A stretch of 39,127 bases of DNA from Candidatus Parcubacteria bacterium (GCA_041177485.1 JBEDBC010000006.1:1-39127), one strand, 5' to 3'; shown: positions 1-8,303, counted from the stretch's first letter. Numbers and translations are program-made. Notes: generated by a model from the letters alone, not told the origin.

Positions 1-456
1 AGTAGAGATACAAGCTTTAATATTGGAACAGGGTTTAATAATTGGGTTTACAGCCTCGCCCTCCAAAGTGATGGCAAGATCCTAGTAGGAGGAGATTTTA
101 CAAGTTACCAAGGAGTGGGAGCAAATTATATAATCCGATTAAATAGTGATGGTAGTAGAGATACAAGCTTTAATCTAGGTACGGGGTTTAATGATAGTAT
201 CGCAAGCCTCGCCCTCCAAAGTGATGGCAAGATCCTAGTAGGAGGATGGTTTTCTAACTATAATGGAGATACAGTAAATAGAATAGTCAGGCTAAATAGC
301 AATGGAAGTATAGATAGTAGCTTCAACATAGGAACAGGGTTTAATGGTTCGGTTTACAGCCTCGCCCTCCAAAGTGATGGTAAGATCCTAGTAGGAGGAT
401 ATTTTACAAGTTACCAAGATCAACCAGCGGGGTATTTGATTAGAGTTGGGAATTAA
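1..456 (+). CDS. Delta-60-like beta-propeller repeat surface protein, C-terminal fragment (5' end outside window)
   Basis: Frame 1 is open from base 1 (SRDTSFNIGTGFN...), so the GTG at 115 in the ORF track is internal. Three ~51-aa units each carry SFN(I/L)GTGFN...SLALQSDGKILVGG.F..Y, which matches the delta-60 repeat signature. TAA at 454-456. Confidence 0.8.
   Translation, partial: SRDTSFNIGTGFNNWVYSLALQSDGKILVGGDFTSYQGVGANYIIRLNSDGSRDTSFNLGTGFNDSIASLALQSDGKILVGGWFSNYNGDTVNRIVRLNSNGSIDSSFNIGTGFNGSVYSLALQSDGKILVGGYFTSYQDQPAGYLIRVGN
1..456 (+). repeat. Tandem 153-nt (51-codon) coding repeat, about 3 units
   Basis: The 42-mer agcctcgccctccaaagtgatggcaagatcctagtaggagga occurs at 52-93 and 205-246 (identical) and at 358-399 (1 mismatch). 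agtagagatacaagctttaat occurs at 1-21 and 154-174. The offset is a constant 153 nt. Confidence 0.9.
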
Positions 457-498
457 GTGGTTTGAATTGATACTATATATTATTTTAACAAATATCTC

Positions 499-2154
499 CT
501 AGAAGCTATCTTTGAAAATATCAGCTATGGTTGAGTTGAGGTCAGAATTATCCCGATTATTGTCTTCTGGATTAAAGTTATGTTCTATTGAATTTATTTG
601 AGTTAACTTTTGTGTTATGAACTCTAATTCAAGAATTGAATCAATATAGGTACTTATTGCTTCTAGAATTAAATTTATATTCTTTTCTAATCTTGATTTA
701 TAAAATTCAGATTCAACTGCAATTGTCAGTTTACTCTCAGCTATTTTGATTGGTTGGGTTTGGCTCAAGATTACGGCTAAGCTTTTATTGGTTTTACTAA
801 TATCTTTACTTATATTGGGGTATGTTTTTTGGATGGTGTAGAGGGTGCTTTTAGAGTCCTCTTTTATTGACGGTCTTGGGTTTTGTTTTTCAATCTTTTT
901 GGCTTCTATCAGGGTGTTTTCTTCTATTTTTAGTGGTCTGTCAGATTCTACTTCTAGGTTCTGCCGATTATTAGATTCTTGTTGAGATTTTGATTTTGGT
1001 GAATTTAAGGTTTCTTTAGAGACATCTATAACAGATGTAGTTAAGGTTGTCTCCGGGTTTTGTATTTCTGAGTCCCAAATTTTAGCTATAATTATTTCCA
1101 AAGGTAAATAGGGAATGTAGGCGGTATTAGTTTGTGACTTTATTTGTTCCAAAGACTGTATAAACTCTATAATTTTATGCTTTGAGATGTTTTGAGATAA
1201 AATCTTTATCTTGTCGTACTCATCTTCTAAAAGATTACTTGTATCTATCAAATTTAGGCCTATCTGGGATAGAAATATATTGTGTGTAATGGATAATGTA
1301 TTTAGAATGAGTTGATTCATCTCATAACCCTCATCATATAGTTTGTGAATATTTTGGATTGCTTCTAATAGTTGATTATTAGCTAATTTTTCGAGTAAAT
1401 TATAGGCTTCAAAATATGAGTTATGTCCTAATATGGTTGACGCAAATTCATAAGTTATATCTGAGCTACCTGATGAGATTAATTTACCGAGTATACTCTC
1501 GGCATCTCTAGCTCCTCCCATCGCTTGCAGTATAATTTGATTGACTACCCGCTTATCAATATTAATTTTTTCTTCTTTAGCTATATATAGTATCTTTTGT
1601 TTTAATTCAGAGTTCGTAAGTGGCTTGAATTCAAATTTTTGGACTCTAGAAAGAATAGTAGGTAGCATCTTATGCGCATCTGTGGTGGCCAGTATAAATA
1701 TAGTGTTATGAGGTGGCTCTTCTAGAGTCTTTAGCAAAGCATTAGAGGCATCTTTGGTTAGCATATGCGATTCATCGATGATATATATTTTATATCCATT
1801 TTTTTGGGATGGAGCGAATCTAACTGCTTCTTTTAAGTTCCTAATTTCGTCTATTCCTCGATTAGATGCTGCATCTATTTCTATAAGATCTATGAAAGCT
1901 CCACTGTTGATGGCTTGGCAATTCTTACATTTATTACAAGGTTCCGCTACATTGGCTTGTCTTTCTAGACAATTAATAGCTTTAGCAAAAATTCTAGCCA
2001 TGGTTGTTTTTCCAGTACCTCTTGGACCACTAAAAAGGTATGAATGTACCATACGGTCATTCAAAATGGCATTCTGTAGTGTGGTCTTGATTACTTCTTG
2101 ACCTATGACTTGACCAAAAACCTGTGGTCTATAAGTACGATATAGCGCCGGCAT
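499..2154 (-). CDS. dnaX: DNA polymerase III subunit gamma/tau
   Basis: N-terminal clamp-loader module: YRTYRPQVFGQVIGQE, Walker A GPRGTGKTT, Cys cluster CNKCKNCQAI, Walker B IIDESHML, sensor SRVQ. The C-terminal half is divergent and low-complexity. Confidence 0.93.
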   Translation of the reverse strand: MPALYRTYRPQVFGQVIGQEVIKTTLQNAILNDRMVHSYLFSGPRGTGKTTMARIFAKAINCLERQANVAEPCNKCKNCQAINSGAFIDLIEIDAASNRGIDEIRNLKEAVRFAPSQKNGYKIYIIDESHMLTKDASNALLKTLEEPPHNTIFILATTDAHKMLPTILSRVQKFEFKPLTNSELKQKILYIAKEEKINIDKRVVNQIILQAMGGARDAESILGKLISSGSSDITYEFASTILGHNSYFEAYNLLEKLANNQLLEAIQNIHKLYDEGYEMNQLILNTLSITHNIFLSQIGLNLIDTSNLLEDEYDKIKILSQNISKHKIIEFIQSLEQIKSQTNTAYIPYLPLEIIIAKIWDSEIQNPETTLTTSVIDVSKETLNSPKSKSQQESNNRQNLEVESDRPLKIEENTLIEAKKIEKQNPRPSIKEDSKSTLYTIQKTYPNISKDISKTNKSLAVILSQTQPIKIAESKLTIAVESEFYKSRLEKNINLILEAISTYIDSILELEFITQKLTQINSIEHNFNPEDNNRDNSDLNSTIADIFKDSF

Positions 2155-2166
2155 ATTAATAGTATA

Positions 2167-2598
2167 TTATTTATTAAATACGAAAAATTTATAACCAATG
2201 AAGCTGACGACCATAGATCCAGCTGTTGCTACTATTTTACCAATTATTGCCGGATCTATCAATAAATTAAAATTAGGTACAATTAACTGAGGTGGTAATA
2301 TGATTATCACTAGTTTGAGAATACCAGTATTTACCAAAAATCCTAAAAAATTGACTAATAAAAAGCTGCCTATTTCTTTTGTATTAGTTTTGGATTTATG
2401 TTGAAAGGTTAGATGCTTATTGGCAAAATAACTAAATATAATGGCTAAGATTATTGATATTAAGTTGATAAAAATAATCCAATTAGACTGATTGTCTATA
2501 TTGAAAATATACTTTAAGAAAATGAATACCCCGATATCTATCGAGGTGTTCATTATTCCAATTAGCCCAAAAATTATAATCTCTCTAAAATTTACCAA
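2167..2598 (-). CDS. GtrA-family membrane protein
   Basis: 143 aa with four hydrophobic helices and a basic loop (KHLTFQHKSKTN) between helices 2 and 3, a typical GtrA layout. The start is TTG (2596-2598) and overlaps the upstream gene's stop by 7 nt. The start codon is uncertain. Confidence 0.7.
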   Translation of the reverse strand: MVNFREIIIFGLIGIMNTSIDIGVFIFLKYIFNIDNQSNWIIFINLISIILAIIFSYFANKHLTFQHKSKTNTKEIGSFLLVNFLGFLVNTGILKLVIIILPPQLIVPNFNLLIDPAIIGKIVATAGSMVVSFIGYKFFVFNK

Positions 2599-3266
2599 GG
2601 CTGTATCTTTAATGGTTCTTCTTCCTCGCTCGTGCCTGCATCTTCTGAGTCACCTAAGTTTTTTTGTTCTGTAGAGTGATCAGATTCATTAGCTGGTTGG
2701 TACGGAGAGGCTGTCAGTTGAGATGGTGCATTGGTATTAACTATCCCAAGTGCTTGTGAGCTAACTACATTTTCTATTGCTGCCCATTCACTTTTTTTGG
2801 TTAGAGGGGTTAGAATTGTAACTTCATCCCCAGGGGATAGTCTGAAGTAGGTAACTGAAGCAGTAAGTAGCCTATAGAGTTCATCACCAACTTTAGCAAA
2901 ATAACTGTTATCCTGATAGATTATATTACCTATAGCTCTTCTTCTTGGAGCCGGACCAATTTGTTTATAGATAAAAGCTCCATCAGCAGTGATAGTAAGT
3001 TTAAGTTGATCTCCTTCGATTAATTTAGACTTACTAGCGTAATTTGCAGGGACAGGATATTGTTTTTTAGATTCATCTACCATATACTCTCCAGTAAATT
3101 CACCCAATACAACTTTTTCAGCTTGCCCAGCTACACTAACATAATTTTGGCTTGCACCCGCTACTTGAGCTAGCATAGCTCTTGCTTGATTTAGCCTTGC
3201 CTCAGCTTCTTTTACAATTTGTTCTAGTTCAGCGATTTGCTGAGATTTATCTTCAGAATTTGACAT
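2592..3266 (-). CDS. Hypothetical protein (N-terminal coiled coil, central beta-rich region, acidic C-terminal tail)
   Basis: 224-aa ORF with an ATG in the window-typical gatATG context. The N-terminus QQIAELEQIVKEAEARLNQARAMLAQ is heptad-like and the tail is SEDAGTSEEEEPLKIQPW. I recognise no family motif. Confidence 0.75.
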   Translation of the reverse strand: MSNSEDKSQQIAELEQIVKEAEARLNQARAMLAQVAGASQNYVSVAGQAEKVVLGEFTGEYMVDESKKQYPVPANYASKSKLIEGDQLKLTITADGAFIYKQIGPAPRRRAIGNIIYQDNSYFAKVGDELYRLLTASVTYFRLSPGDEVTILTPLTKKSEWAAIENVVSSQALGIVNTNAPSQLTASPYQPANESDHSTEQKNLGDSEDAGTSEEEEPLKIQPW

Positions 3267-3327
3267 ATCTTTAATCTTTTATTTTGATATTCTTAATACA
3301 ATTTAATGATATCATATTTTTGTATTG

Positions 3328-3357
3328 TTGACAAGAGGCTATGATGATGGTTATAAT
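3328..3357 (+). promoter_or_regulatory. Consensus sigma70-type promoter for tRNA-Leu
   Basis: TTGACA at 3328-3333, an 18-nt spacer, then TATAAT at 3352-3357. The tRNA starts at 3375. Confidence 0.7.
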
Positions 3358-3374
3358 GGTGTAGTACTATTACA

Positions 3375-3457
3375 GCTGGTGTGGTGGAATGGTAGACACG
3401 AAGGACTCAAAATCCTTTGGAGGCAACTCCGTAACGGTTCAAGTCCGTTCACCAGCA
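3375..3457 (+). tRNA. tRNA-Leu (anticodon CAA), class II with long variable arm; CCA not encoded
   Basis: Hand-folded. Acceptor gctggtg/caccagc; anticodon stem aagga/tcctt with loop ctCAAaa; variable arm ggag-gcaa-ctcc; T arm aacgg-ttcaagt-ccgtt; discriminator A. Total 83 nt. Confidence 0.92.
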
Positions 3458-3485
3458 CAAATAATAAATAGAAAGGTGGTCGTGG

Positions 3486-4307
3486 CTAACGCACGACACA
3501 GCGAAAACCAATATTATTACCCCATACCGACGTATAAAAAAGATTCAGAGTAAAAACTCCTGCAGGAGTCCCCGCATCCCAAGTACCTCCACGAAGAAAA
3601 ATAAAAGGTCCACCTGTATTACTTCCTGCAAAGTAGTATCCCATATTCTGGCTACCATTCCAAGTATTGTTACTTGGTCTTATTAAATCATATCTTAAGC
3701 TTCCGTATCCGGTTATAGATGTAAATTCAGAACCTCCTGTGGGCTTATCAGATCCCATAATTATGTCATTAGTCCATTCTTGAACATTTCCACTTAAATC
3801 CCAGATTATCTCTCCATTACTGAGAGTATAAGTTCTTTTTTGTGTGCTTGGGCTGACATTGCCTGTGCCGTTGTACGGGTCATTATTATCTGTACTAGCT
3901 GCTAGTGTATTATTTGGAGTACCATCACTATGTCCTCTCCATAGGCCTCCACTGCCAACTGCTCCTCCTGTCCAGTTGATAGCCACCCCCTCTATATTCC
4001 TTGCTATGGTCATCCATTCTGCATTATTTATTAACCCATAGCCTGCTCCATTTAGACTACAAGCGGTGATGGCATTAGTCTGACTTATATTTACTACTGG
4101 AGCTCCTGCTGCTTCTGTTGTTGCTGCTATTGTTGCTGATCCTGTCTTGGCTTCATATGTCATTACACAGAAGTCGCTAGTTCCATACATGCTGTTACCG
4201 GGTACTGGGATATATCCAGCGGGACAACTTATGTTGGTAGTTGGTTTATCTATGTATGTCTGGGTGCCTGCGTTATTGGTGTATACTACCCTATTTAAGT
4301 CCTCCAC
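3486..4307 (-). CDS. FGE-sulfatase (SUMF1/EgtB/PvdO-type) domain ORF, probably the C-terminal part of an interrupted prepilin-fusion gene
   Basis: Family hallmarks DFCVMTYEAK, GNVQEWTND, FLRGGTWD and a C-terminal GFRCVVR. The only candidate start is GTG, with no signal peptide and no RBS. It is in frame with the upstream ORF across a single TAG (see findings). Confidence 0.7.
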   Translation of the reverse strand: MEDLNRVVYTNNAGTQTYIDKPTTNISCPAGYIPVPGNSMYGTSDFCVMTYEAKTGSATIAATTEAAGAPVVNISQTNAITACSLNGAGYGLINNAEWMTIARNIEGVAINWTGGAVGSGGLWRGHSDGTPNNTLAASTDNNDPYNGTGNVSPSTQKRTYTLSNGEIIWDLSGNVQEWTNDIIMGSDKPTGGSEFTSITGYGSLRYDLIRPSNNTWNGSQNMGYYFAGSNTGGPFIFLRGGTWDAGTPAGVFTLNLFYTSVWGNNIGFRCVVR

Positions 4308-4364
4308 TAGTGTTTGGGTTGTAGTTGGTATTAGTGTGCCAGCATTTATCCGTGCCTGAATTAT

Positions 4365-4859
4365 CTATTCGGGAGTTGGTATTGTTGGGTTAGTTACAAA
4401 GCTTTGACTCGTAATACCTTCTACAAAAGTTGTATTGTCAATTTGTTTGACTCCTCCAATTCCAATTTTTCCGTTAGTATCTTTCACTATATAGAATCCA
4501 CTATTGTTTGTGTCATTAGAGTATTCAGGAATTTTAGCTAAATACGTTGGCACTAAGATTGATGACAGGTTAATTTGTGTAGGATCAACACAACTAGTTG
4601 CAGAAGTTTTACAAATATAGCGTGAACTACCATTTAGCATATTAACAATGTCTGAAGGATAAGCATTGTTCTTAAGAGCATATTGTTCCAGGGCTTGATA
4701 GATTGTGAGGGCGTTCGCTTGAATTTGTCTGTCTTGGCTCTCGGTAACTATTTCTCGAAGATTAATGTTGTTTACTACTATTGTAAATAAAATAGAAAGT
4801 AAAACTACCGACAGTGATATTTCTATGAGGGAAAAGCCTTTGTTTAGAGTTGTTTTCAT
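4365..4859 (-). CDS. Prepilin-type N-terminal cleavage/methylation domain protein (type IV pilin-like)
   Basis: MKTTLNKG|FSLIEISLSVVLLSILF is a class III signal (G-F-x-x-x-E plus a hydrophobic helix). The alpha/beta pilin-like body contains a Cys pair (CKTSATSC). It ends at TAG 4365-4367 after a Thr/Pro linker. Confidence 0.8.
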   Translation of the reverse strand: MKTTLNKGFSLIEISLSVVLLSILFTIVVNNINLREIVTESQDRQIQANALTIYQALEQYALKNNAYPSDIVNMLNGSSRYICKTSATSCVDPTQINLSSILVPTYLAKIPEYSNDTNNSGFYIVKDTNGKIGIGGVKQIDNTTFVEGITSQSFVTNPTIPTPE

Positions 4860-4891
4860 TTTTATGATATAAAAAATTATAATTTACATTA

Positions 4892-4900
4892 ATTATAACA
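4892..4900 (-). promoter_or_regulatory. Extended -10 promoter element (TGtTATAAT) for the pilin-like gene
   Basis: The reverse complement of attataaca reads tgtTATAAT. It lies 32 nt upstream of the ATG at 4859. Confidence 0.4.
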
Positions 4901-4931
4901 TATAATATATATTGAGTGTATAGATTAACTG

Positions 4932-4940
4932 TGATATAAT
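4932..4940 (+). promoter_or_regulatory. Extended -10 promoter element (TGaTATAAT) for serS
   Basis: gTGaTATAAT ends 26 nt before the ATG at 4967. Confidence 0.5.
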
Positions 4941-4966
4941 TTTATATATAAAATCATTTATAAAAT

Positions 4967-6292
4967 ATGTTAGACATAAGCTATATCAAGGCCAATAGAG
5001 AATTCATGTTTGAGGTCGTTAAGAATAAAAAAGTCGAGGTAAATATTGATTATTTATTAGATGTATATGAGCAAAGACAAAATTTATTGCAACAGATTGA
5101 GTCACTAAGAACCCAAAAAAACGCGGTGGCGGCTAGAATGAAAGATATCGCATTATTATCTCCAGAAGAGAAGCAAGCTTTAATCCAAGAGGGTAAGTCT
5201 ATTAAAGATAGTTTGCTGGCTATTGAGGATAAATATTCAGACATAGATAAAGAATACCAAGAACAGATGTTGCGAGTTCCTAATATTTATTCTAATGATA
5301 CGCCTATTGGTTTGACTGAAGATGAGAATGTCGTATTAAGGCAGGTGGGTGATAAGCCCAAATTTAGTTTTAATCCCTTAGAACATTGGCAATTGGGTAA
5401 AAATTTAGGTTTAATCGATACTGAGAAGTCCTCAGAGGTTTCTGGGGCTAGATTCGCTTATCTCAAAGGTGATTTGGTGCTTTTACAATTTGCTTTGATA
5501 CAGTGGGTGATGTCTAATTTACAAGATCAATCCAAAATTGATAAAGTATTGAAAACAAAAGCCCTCAGCGTCTCAAATAAAGCTTATACTCCAGTAGTAC
5601 CCCCGGTTTTGATGAAACCAGAAGTTATGAAAAGGATGGGTAGATTAGACCCTATTGATGACAGGTATCAGACTACTGAAGATGGGTTGATGTTAGTTGG
5701 TAGCGCTGAGCATACTCTCGGGCCTTTACATATGGATGAAATACTGGATTACAGAAGTTTGCCTCTTAGATATGTAGGCTATTCCACCGCCTTTAGAAGA
5801 GAAGCTGGAACTTATGGTAAGGATATGAAGGGGATTTTAAGATTACATCAATTTGATAAAATTGAAATTGAAGTCTTTAGTGATAAAGACTCTGGGTTTG
5901 CGGAGCAAGATTTAATTCTGGCAATCCAAGAATATCTGATGCAACAGTTAGAGTTACCATATCAAGTCGTGTTCAAATGTACTGCCGATATGGGTACTCC
6001 AGATATCAGAGCTTATGATATAGAGACTTGGCTTCCAGGGCAGAATCAATATCGTGAGACTCATACTTCAGATTATATGGGGGATTTTCAATCCCGTAGA
6101 CTACAGACAAGATATAAGGATGCAGATGGGAATAAACATTTTGTTCATATGAATGATGCTACGGTGTTTGCCATTGGTAGAATTCTGATTGCAATTATGG
6201 AGAATTATCAGCAAGCTGATGGTAGCATTCTGATTCCAGAGGTTTTGCAACCTTATCTTGGTAAAAAAGTAATTACCAATAAAAATTTATAA
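4967..6292 (+). CDS. serS: Serine--tRNA ligase
   Basis: N-terminal coiled-coil arm. Class II motifs FRREAGTYGKDMKGILRLHQFDKIE and YRETHTSDYMGDFQSRRL, and motif 3 ATVFAIGRILIAIMENYQ. Confidence 0.93.
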   Translation: MLDISYIKANREFMFEVVKNKKVEVNIDYLLDVYEQRQNLLQQIESLRTQKNAVAARMKDIALLSPEEKQALIQEGKSIKDSLLAIEDKYSDIDKEYQEQMLRVPNIYSNDTPIGLTEDENVVLRQVGDKPKFSFNPLEHWQLGKNLGLIDTEKSSEVSGARFAYLKGDLVLLQFALIQWVMSNLQDQSKIDKVLKTKALSVSNKAYTPVVPPVLMKPEVMKRMGRLDPIDDRYQTTEDGLMLVGSAEHTLGPLHMDEILDYRSLPLRYVGYSTAFRREAGTYGKDMKGILRLHQFDKIEIEVFSDKDSGFAEQDLILAIQEYLMQQLELPYQVVFKCTADMGTPDIRAYDIETWLPGQNQYRETHTSDYMGDFQSRRLQTRYKDADGNKHFVHMNDATVFAIGRILIAIMENYQQADGSILIPEVLQPYLGKKVITNKNL

Positions 6293-6310
6293 AATACAAA
6301 ATCAAAACAT

Positions 6311-7558
6311 ATGAAAAAATTTAGTCTATATATACTTCTAGGGTGTGTTTTGTTTTTTCCAATCTTTACATTTGCGCAAGATGATATAATGACTCAAGAT
6401 GAATCTATAGAGGTTGTTGATAATGATGATACAAATGCCACTGGTAGCGATGTAGTAGATTTATCTACAGATAACACTGCTGACTACAGTGAACCTGATG
6501 GTTTTTATAGGGCTGAAGTACAAGCTGTTGAGAGTAGTCAGTCTGAGCTTTTGGGTCGTACTCTTGTTACTCAAAAGCTTACTATGAAAATACTAGATAA
6601 AGATAAAAATGGTGAAATAATTGTAGTAGAAAATGGTGGAGGGGTAGACTTGCAAGAAAGTCAGATTTATAAAAAAGGTGATATTCTTGTAATTGTAAAA
6701 ACAATGGTAGCAGACGATGAGCAATACTATATACAAGATAGATATAGACTTCCAGGGCTACTGGGCATGACAGTGTTTTTCTTGATTTTAACATTAGCCT
6801 TTGCAGGTAAGCAGGGTATAGGTTCATTATTAGGTCTATTAGCTGGAGTCGGTATTCTATTAGGTTATTTAGTGCCTTCACTTTTAGGCGGTCAGAATCC
6901 AGTATTAGTGACATTTATAGCTAGCTTTACAATTATTACCTTAACAATTTTTATATCTCACGGATTTAGGGTAAGAACTGTAATTGCTTTTATCAGTATG
7001 AATATAACTTTGGTTTTAGCTTATATTTTTTCATCAATATTTGTGTATTTAGCTCATATGTTCGGAGTTGGTAGTGAAGATACTTTTTATTTGGCATCTA
7101 TTGCCAATACAGATTTGGATTTAAGGGGGATACTTTTGGCGGGTGTAATTATAGGTATGTTGGGTGTTCTAGATGATGTGGCTGTGGCACAAGCTGCTAC
7201 TATTGATGAGATTAAAAGAGCAAATCCTAAAGTAAAATTCAAACAGCTATATAAGGCTGGCATGTCGGTCGGGAGAGATCATATTGCTTCATTAGTCAAC
7301 ACTTTAGCTTTAGCTTACGTGGGGTCTAGTTTACCTCTATTTCTATTACTATATATTAATAGTGCTAATGTCCCAATTTGGGTCACTCTCAACTCGGAGT
7401 TTATAGCTCAAGAACTAGTAAGAACACTATCTGGAAGTATTGCCATTATTCTCGCCGTACCTATCACTAGCATGATTGCTGCCAAAGTCTTTGATAACTA
7501 TATTCATAAACCTAGGTCAAAAACAGAGTCAATTCATCATCACGGGCATGGGCATTAA
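6311..7558 (+). CDS. YibE/F-family integral membrane protein with signal peptide and His-rich C-terminus
   Basis: Signal-like N-terminus (LFFPIFTFAQDD), a soluble beta-rich N-domain, then a multi-TM region with GMLGVLDDVAVAQAATIDEI and GRDHIASLVNTLALAY, which resemble YibE/F motifs. The tail is ESIHHHGHGH. Confidence 0.7.
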   Translation: MKKFSLYILLGCVLFFPIFTFAQDDIMTQDESIEVVDNDDTNATGSDVVDLSTDNTADYSEPDGFYRAEVQAVESSQSELLGRTLVTQKLTMKILDKDKNGEIIVVENGGGVDLQESQIYKKGDILVIVKTMVADDEQYYIQDRYRLPGLLGMTVFFLILTLAFAGKQGIGSLLGLLAGVGILLGYLVPSLLGGQNPVLVTFIASFTIITLTIFISHGFRVRTVIAFISMNITLVLAYIFSSIFVYLAHMFGVGSEDTFYLASIANTDLDLRGILLAGVIIGMLGVLDDVAVAQAATIDEIKRANPKVKFKQLYKAGMSVGRDHIASLVNTLALAYVGSSLPLFLLLYINSANVPIWVTLNSEFIAQELVRTLSGSIAIILAVPITSMIAAKVFDNYIHKPRSKTESIHHHGHGH

Positions 7559-7596
7559 TAAAATATGTCCTTAGTTTTGTTTATACTATAAAAGTG

Positions 7597-7605
7597 TGAT
7601 ATAAT
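7597..7605 (+). promoter_or_regulatory. Extended -10 promoter element (TGaTATAAT) for the DsbA-like/idi pair
   Basis: tgTGaTATAAT ends 31 nt before the ATG at 7637. Confidence 0.5.
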
Positions 7606-7636
7606 AAAAAGGGAATTATAAAGTTAAGATATAGAT

Positions 7637-8293
7637 ATGAATGATACAACAGAAAATAATTTAATCGGAAAAGTTATAGTTATCATTACATTACTGGTAG
7701 TGGTTGGGGCTGTAGTTTGGGGTCTTAATTCTCAAGATTCTGGCTCTCGTAATGTCAATGTAGAGGTAACTGATGAAGATACCTATCTTGGGAACAAAAA
7801 TGCTAAAGTTACTTTAGTAGAGTATTCAGATTTCCAATGCCCTGCATGTAAGTCTTATGAGAGTATTATTAAGCAATTGTTAGATTCCTATAGCCCAGAT
7901 GATTTACGCATAGTTTATAGGCATTTTCCTTTGAGAAGTATTCATCCTAATGCTGATTTAGCTGCTCAAGCCGCTGAGGCTGCTGGTGAGGAGGGTAAAT
8001 TCTGGGAGATGAAGGATTTATTATTCGAAAAGCAGTCGGAATGGGCAAAAGAAAAAGATCCTCGTGGTCTATTCGGAGCTTATGCTAAGGCTATTGGACT
8101 TGATGTAGCTGAATTTGATGAAGATTTGAAATCTGATGACGACTCCAAAGAACGAGTAGAGAAGGATTATCAGTCAGGAGTAGCTATTGGAGTTAATTCT
8201 ACCCCAACATTTATCTTAAATGGTGTGATTATCAAAAATCCTCAAACCGTAGATGAATTCAAAGCTCTAATAGATGCAGAATTAAATAAATAA
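7637..8293 (+). CDS. Membrane-anchored DsbA-family thiol:disulfide oxidoreductase (CPAC)
   Basis: N-terminal TM helix (VIVIITLLVVVGAVVWGL), a thioredoxin fold with SDFQCPACK, and a cis-Pro loop NSTPTFILNG. Confidence 0.82.
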   Translation: MNDTTENNLIGKVIVIITLLVVVGAVVWGLNSQDSGSRNVNVEVTDEDTYLGNKNAKVTLVEYSDFQCPACKSYESIIKQLLDSYSPDDLRIVYRHFPLRSIHPNADLAAQAAEAAGEEGKFWEMKDLLFEKQSEWAKEKDPRGLFGAYAKAIGLDVAEFDEDLKSDDDSKERVEKDYQSGVAIGVNSTPTFILNGVIIKNPQTVDEFKALIDAELNK

Positions 8294-8303
8294 ATCTAGC
8301 CAA

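Noticed and set aside
1790-1812. A-run (CCCAAAAAAATGG on the coding strand) inside dnaX, considered as a possible gamma/tau programmed frameshift site.
   Set aside because: It lies in the N-terminal ATPase module (…APSQKNGYKIY…), far upstream of where the E. coli tau/gamma frameshift occurs. It lacks the A-AAA-AAG heptamer and has no downstream hairpin.
1754-2101. 115-aa plus-strand ORF inside dnaX. The other listed antisense ORFs are similar: 2492-2674, 3844-4041, 4147-4359, 5050-5244, 6582-6914, 14438-14829, 14878-15210, 16292-16606, 20474-20683, 21401-21718, 22508-22705, 23126-23375, 24589-24849, 27599-27787, 28807-29001, 30066-30281, 31492-31988, 33320-33505, 34469-34765, 36136-36521, 37354-37593, 37951-38490.
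   Set aside because: Each lies wholly or mostly antisense to, or out of frame within, a gene with clear family motifs. Their compositions (Leu/Ser/Ile/Phe-rich) are typical of shadow frames, and none has a recognisable motif or a promoter and start context of its own.
3375-3457. The tRNA next to the TAG-interrupted pilin/FGE locus, considered as a possible amber suppressor.
   Set aside because: The anticodon loop reads ctCAAaa (anticodon CAA, which decodes UUG Leu), not CUA.
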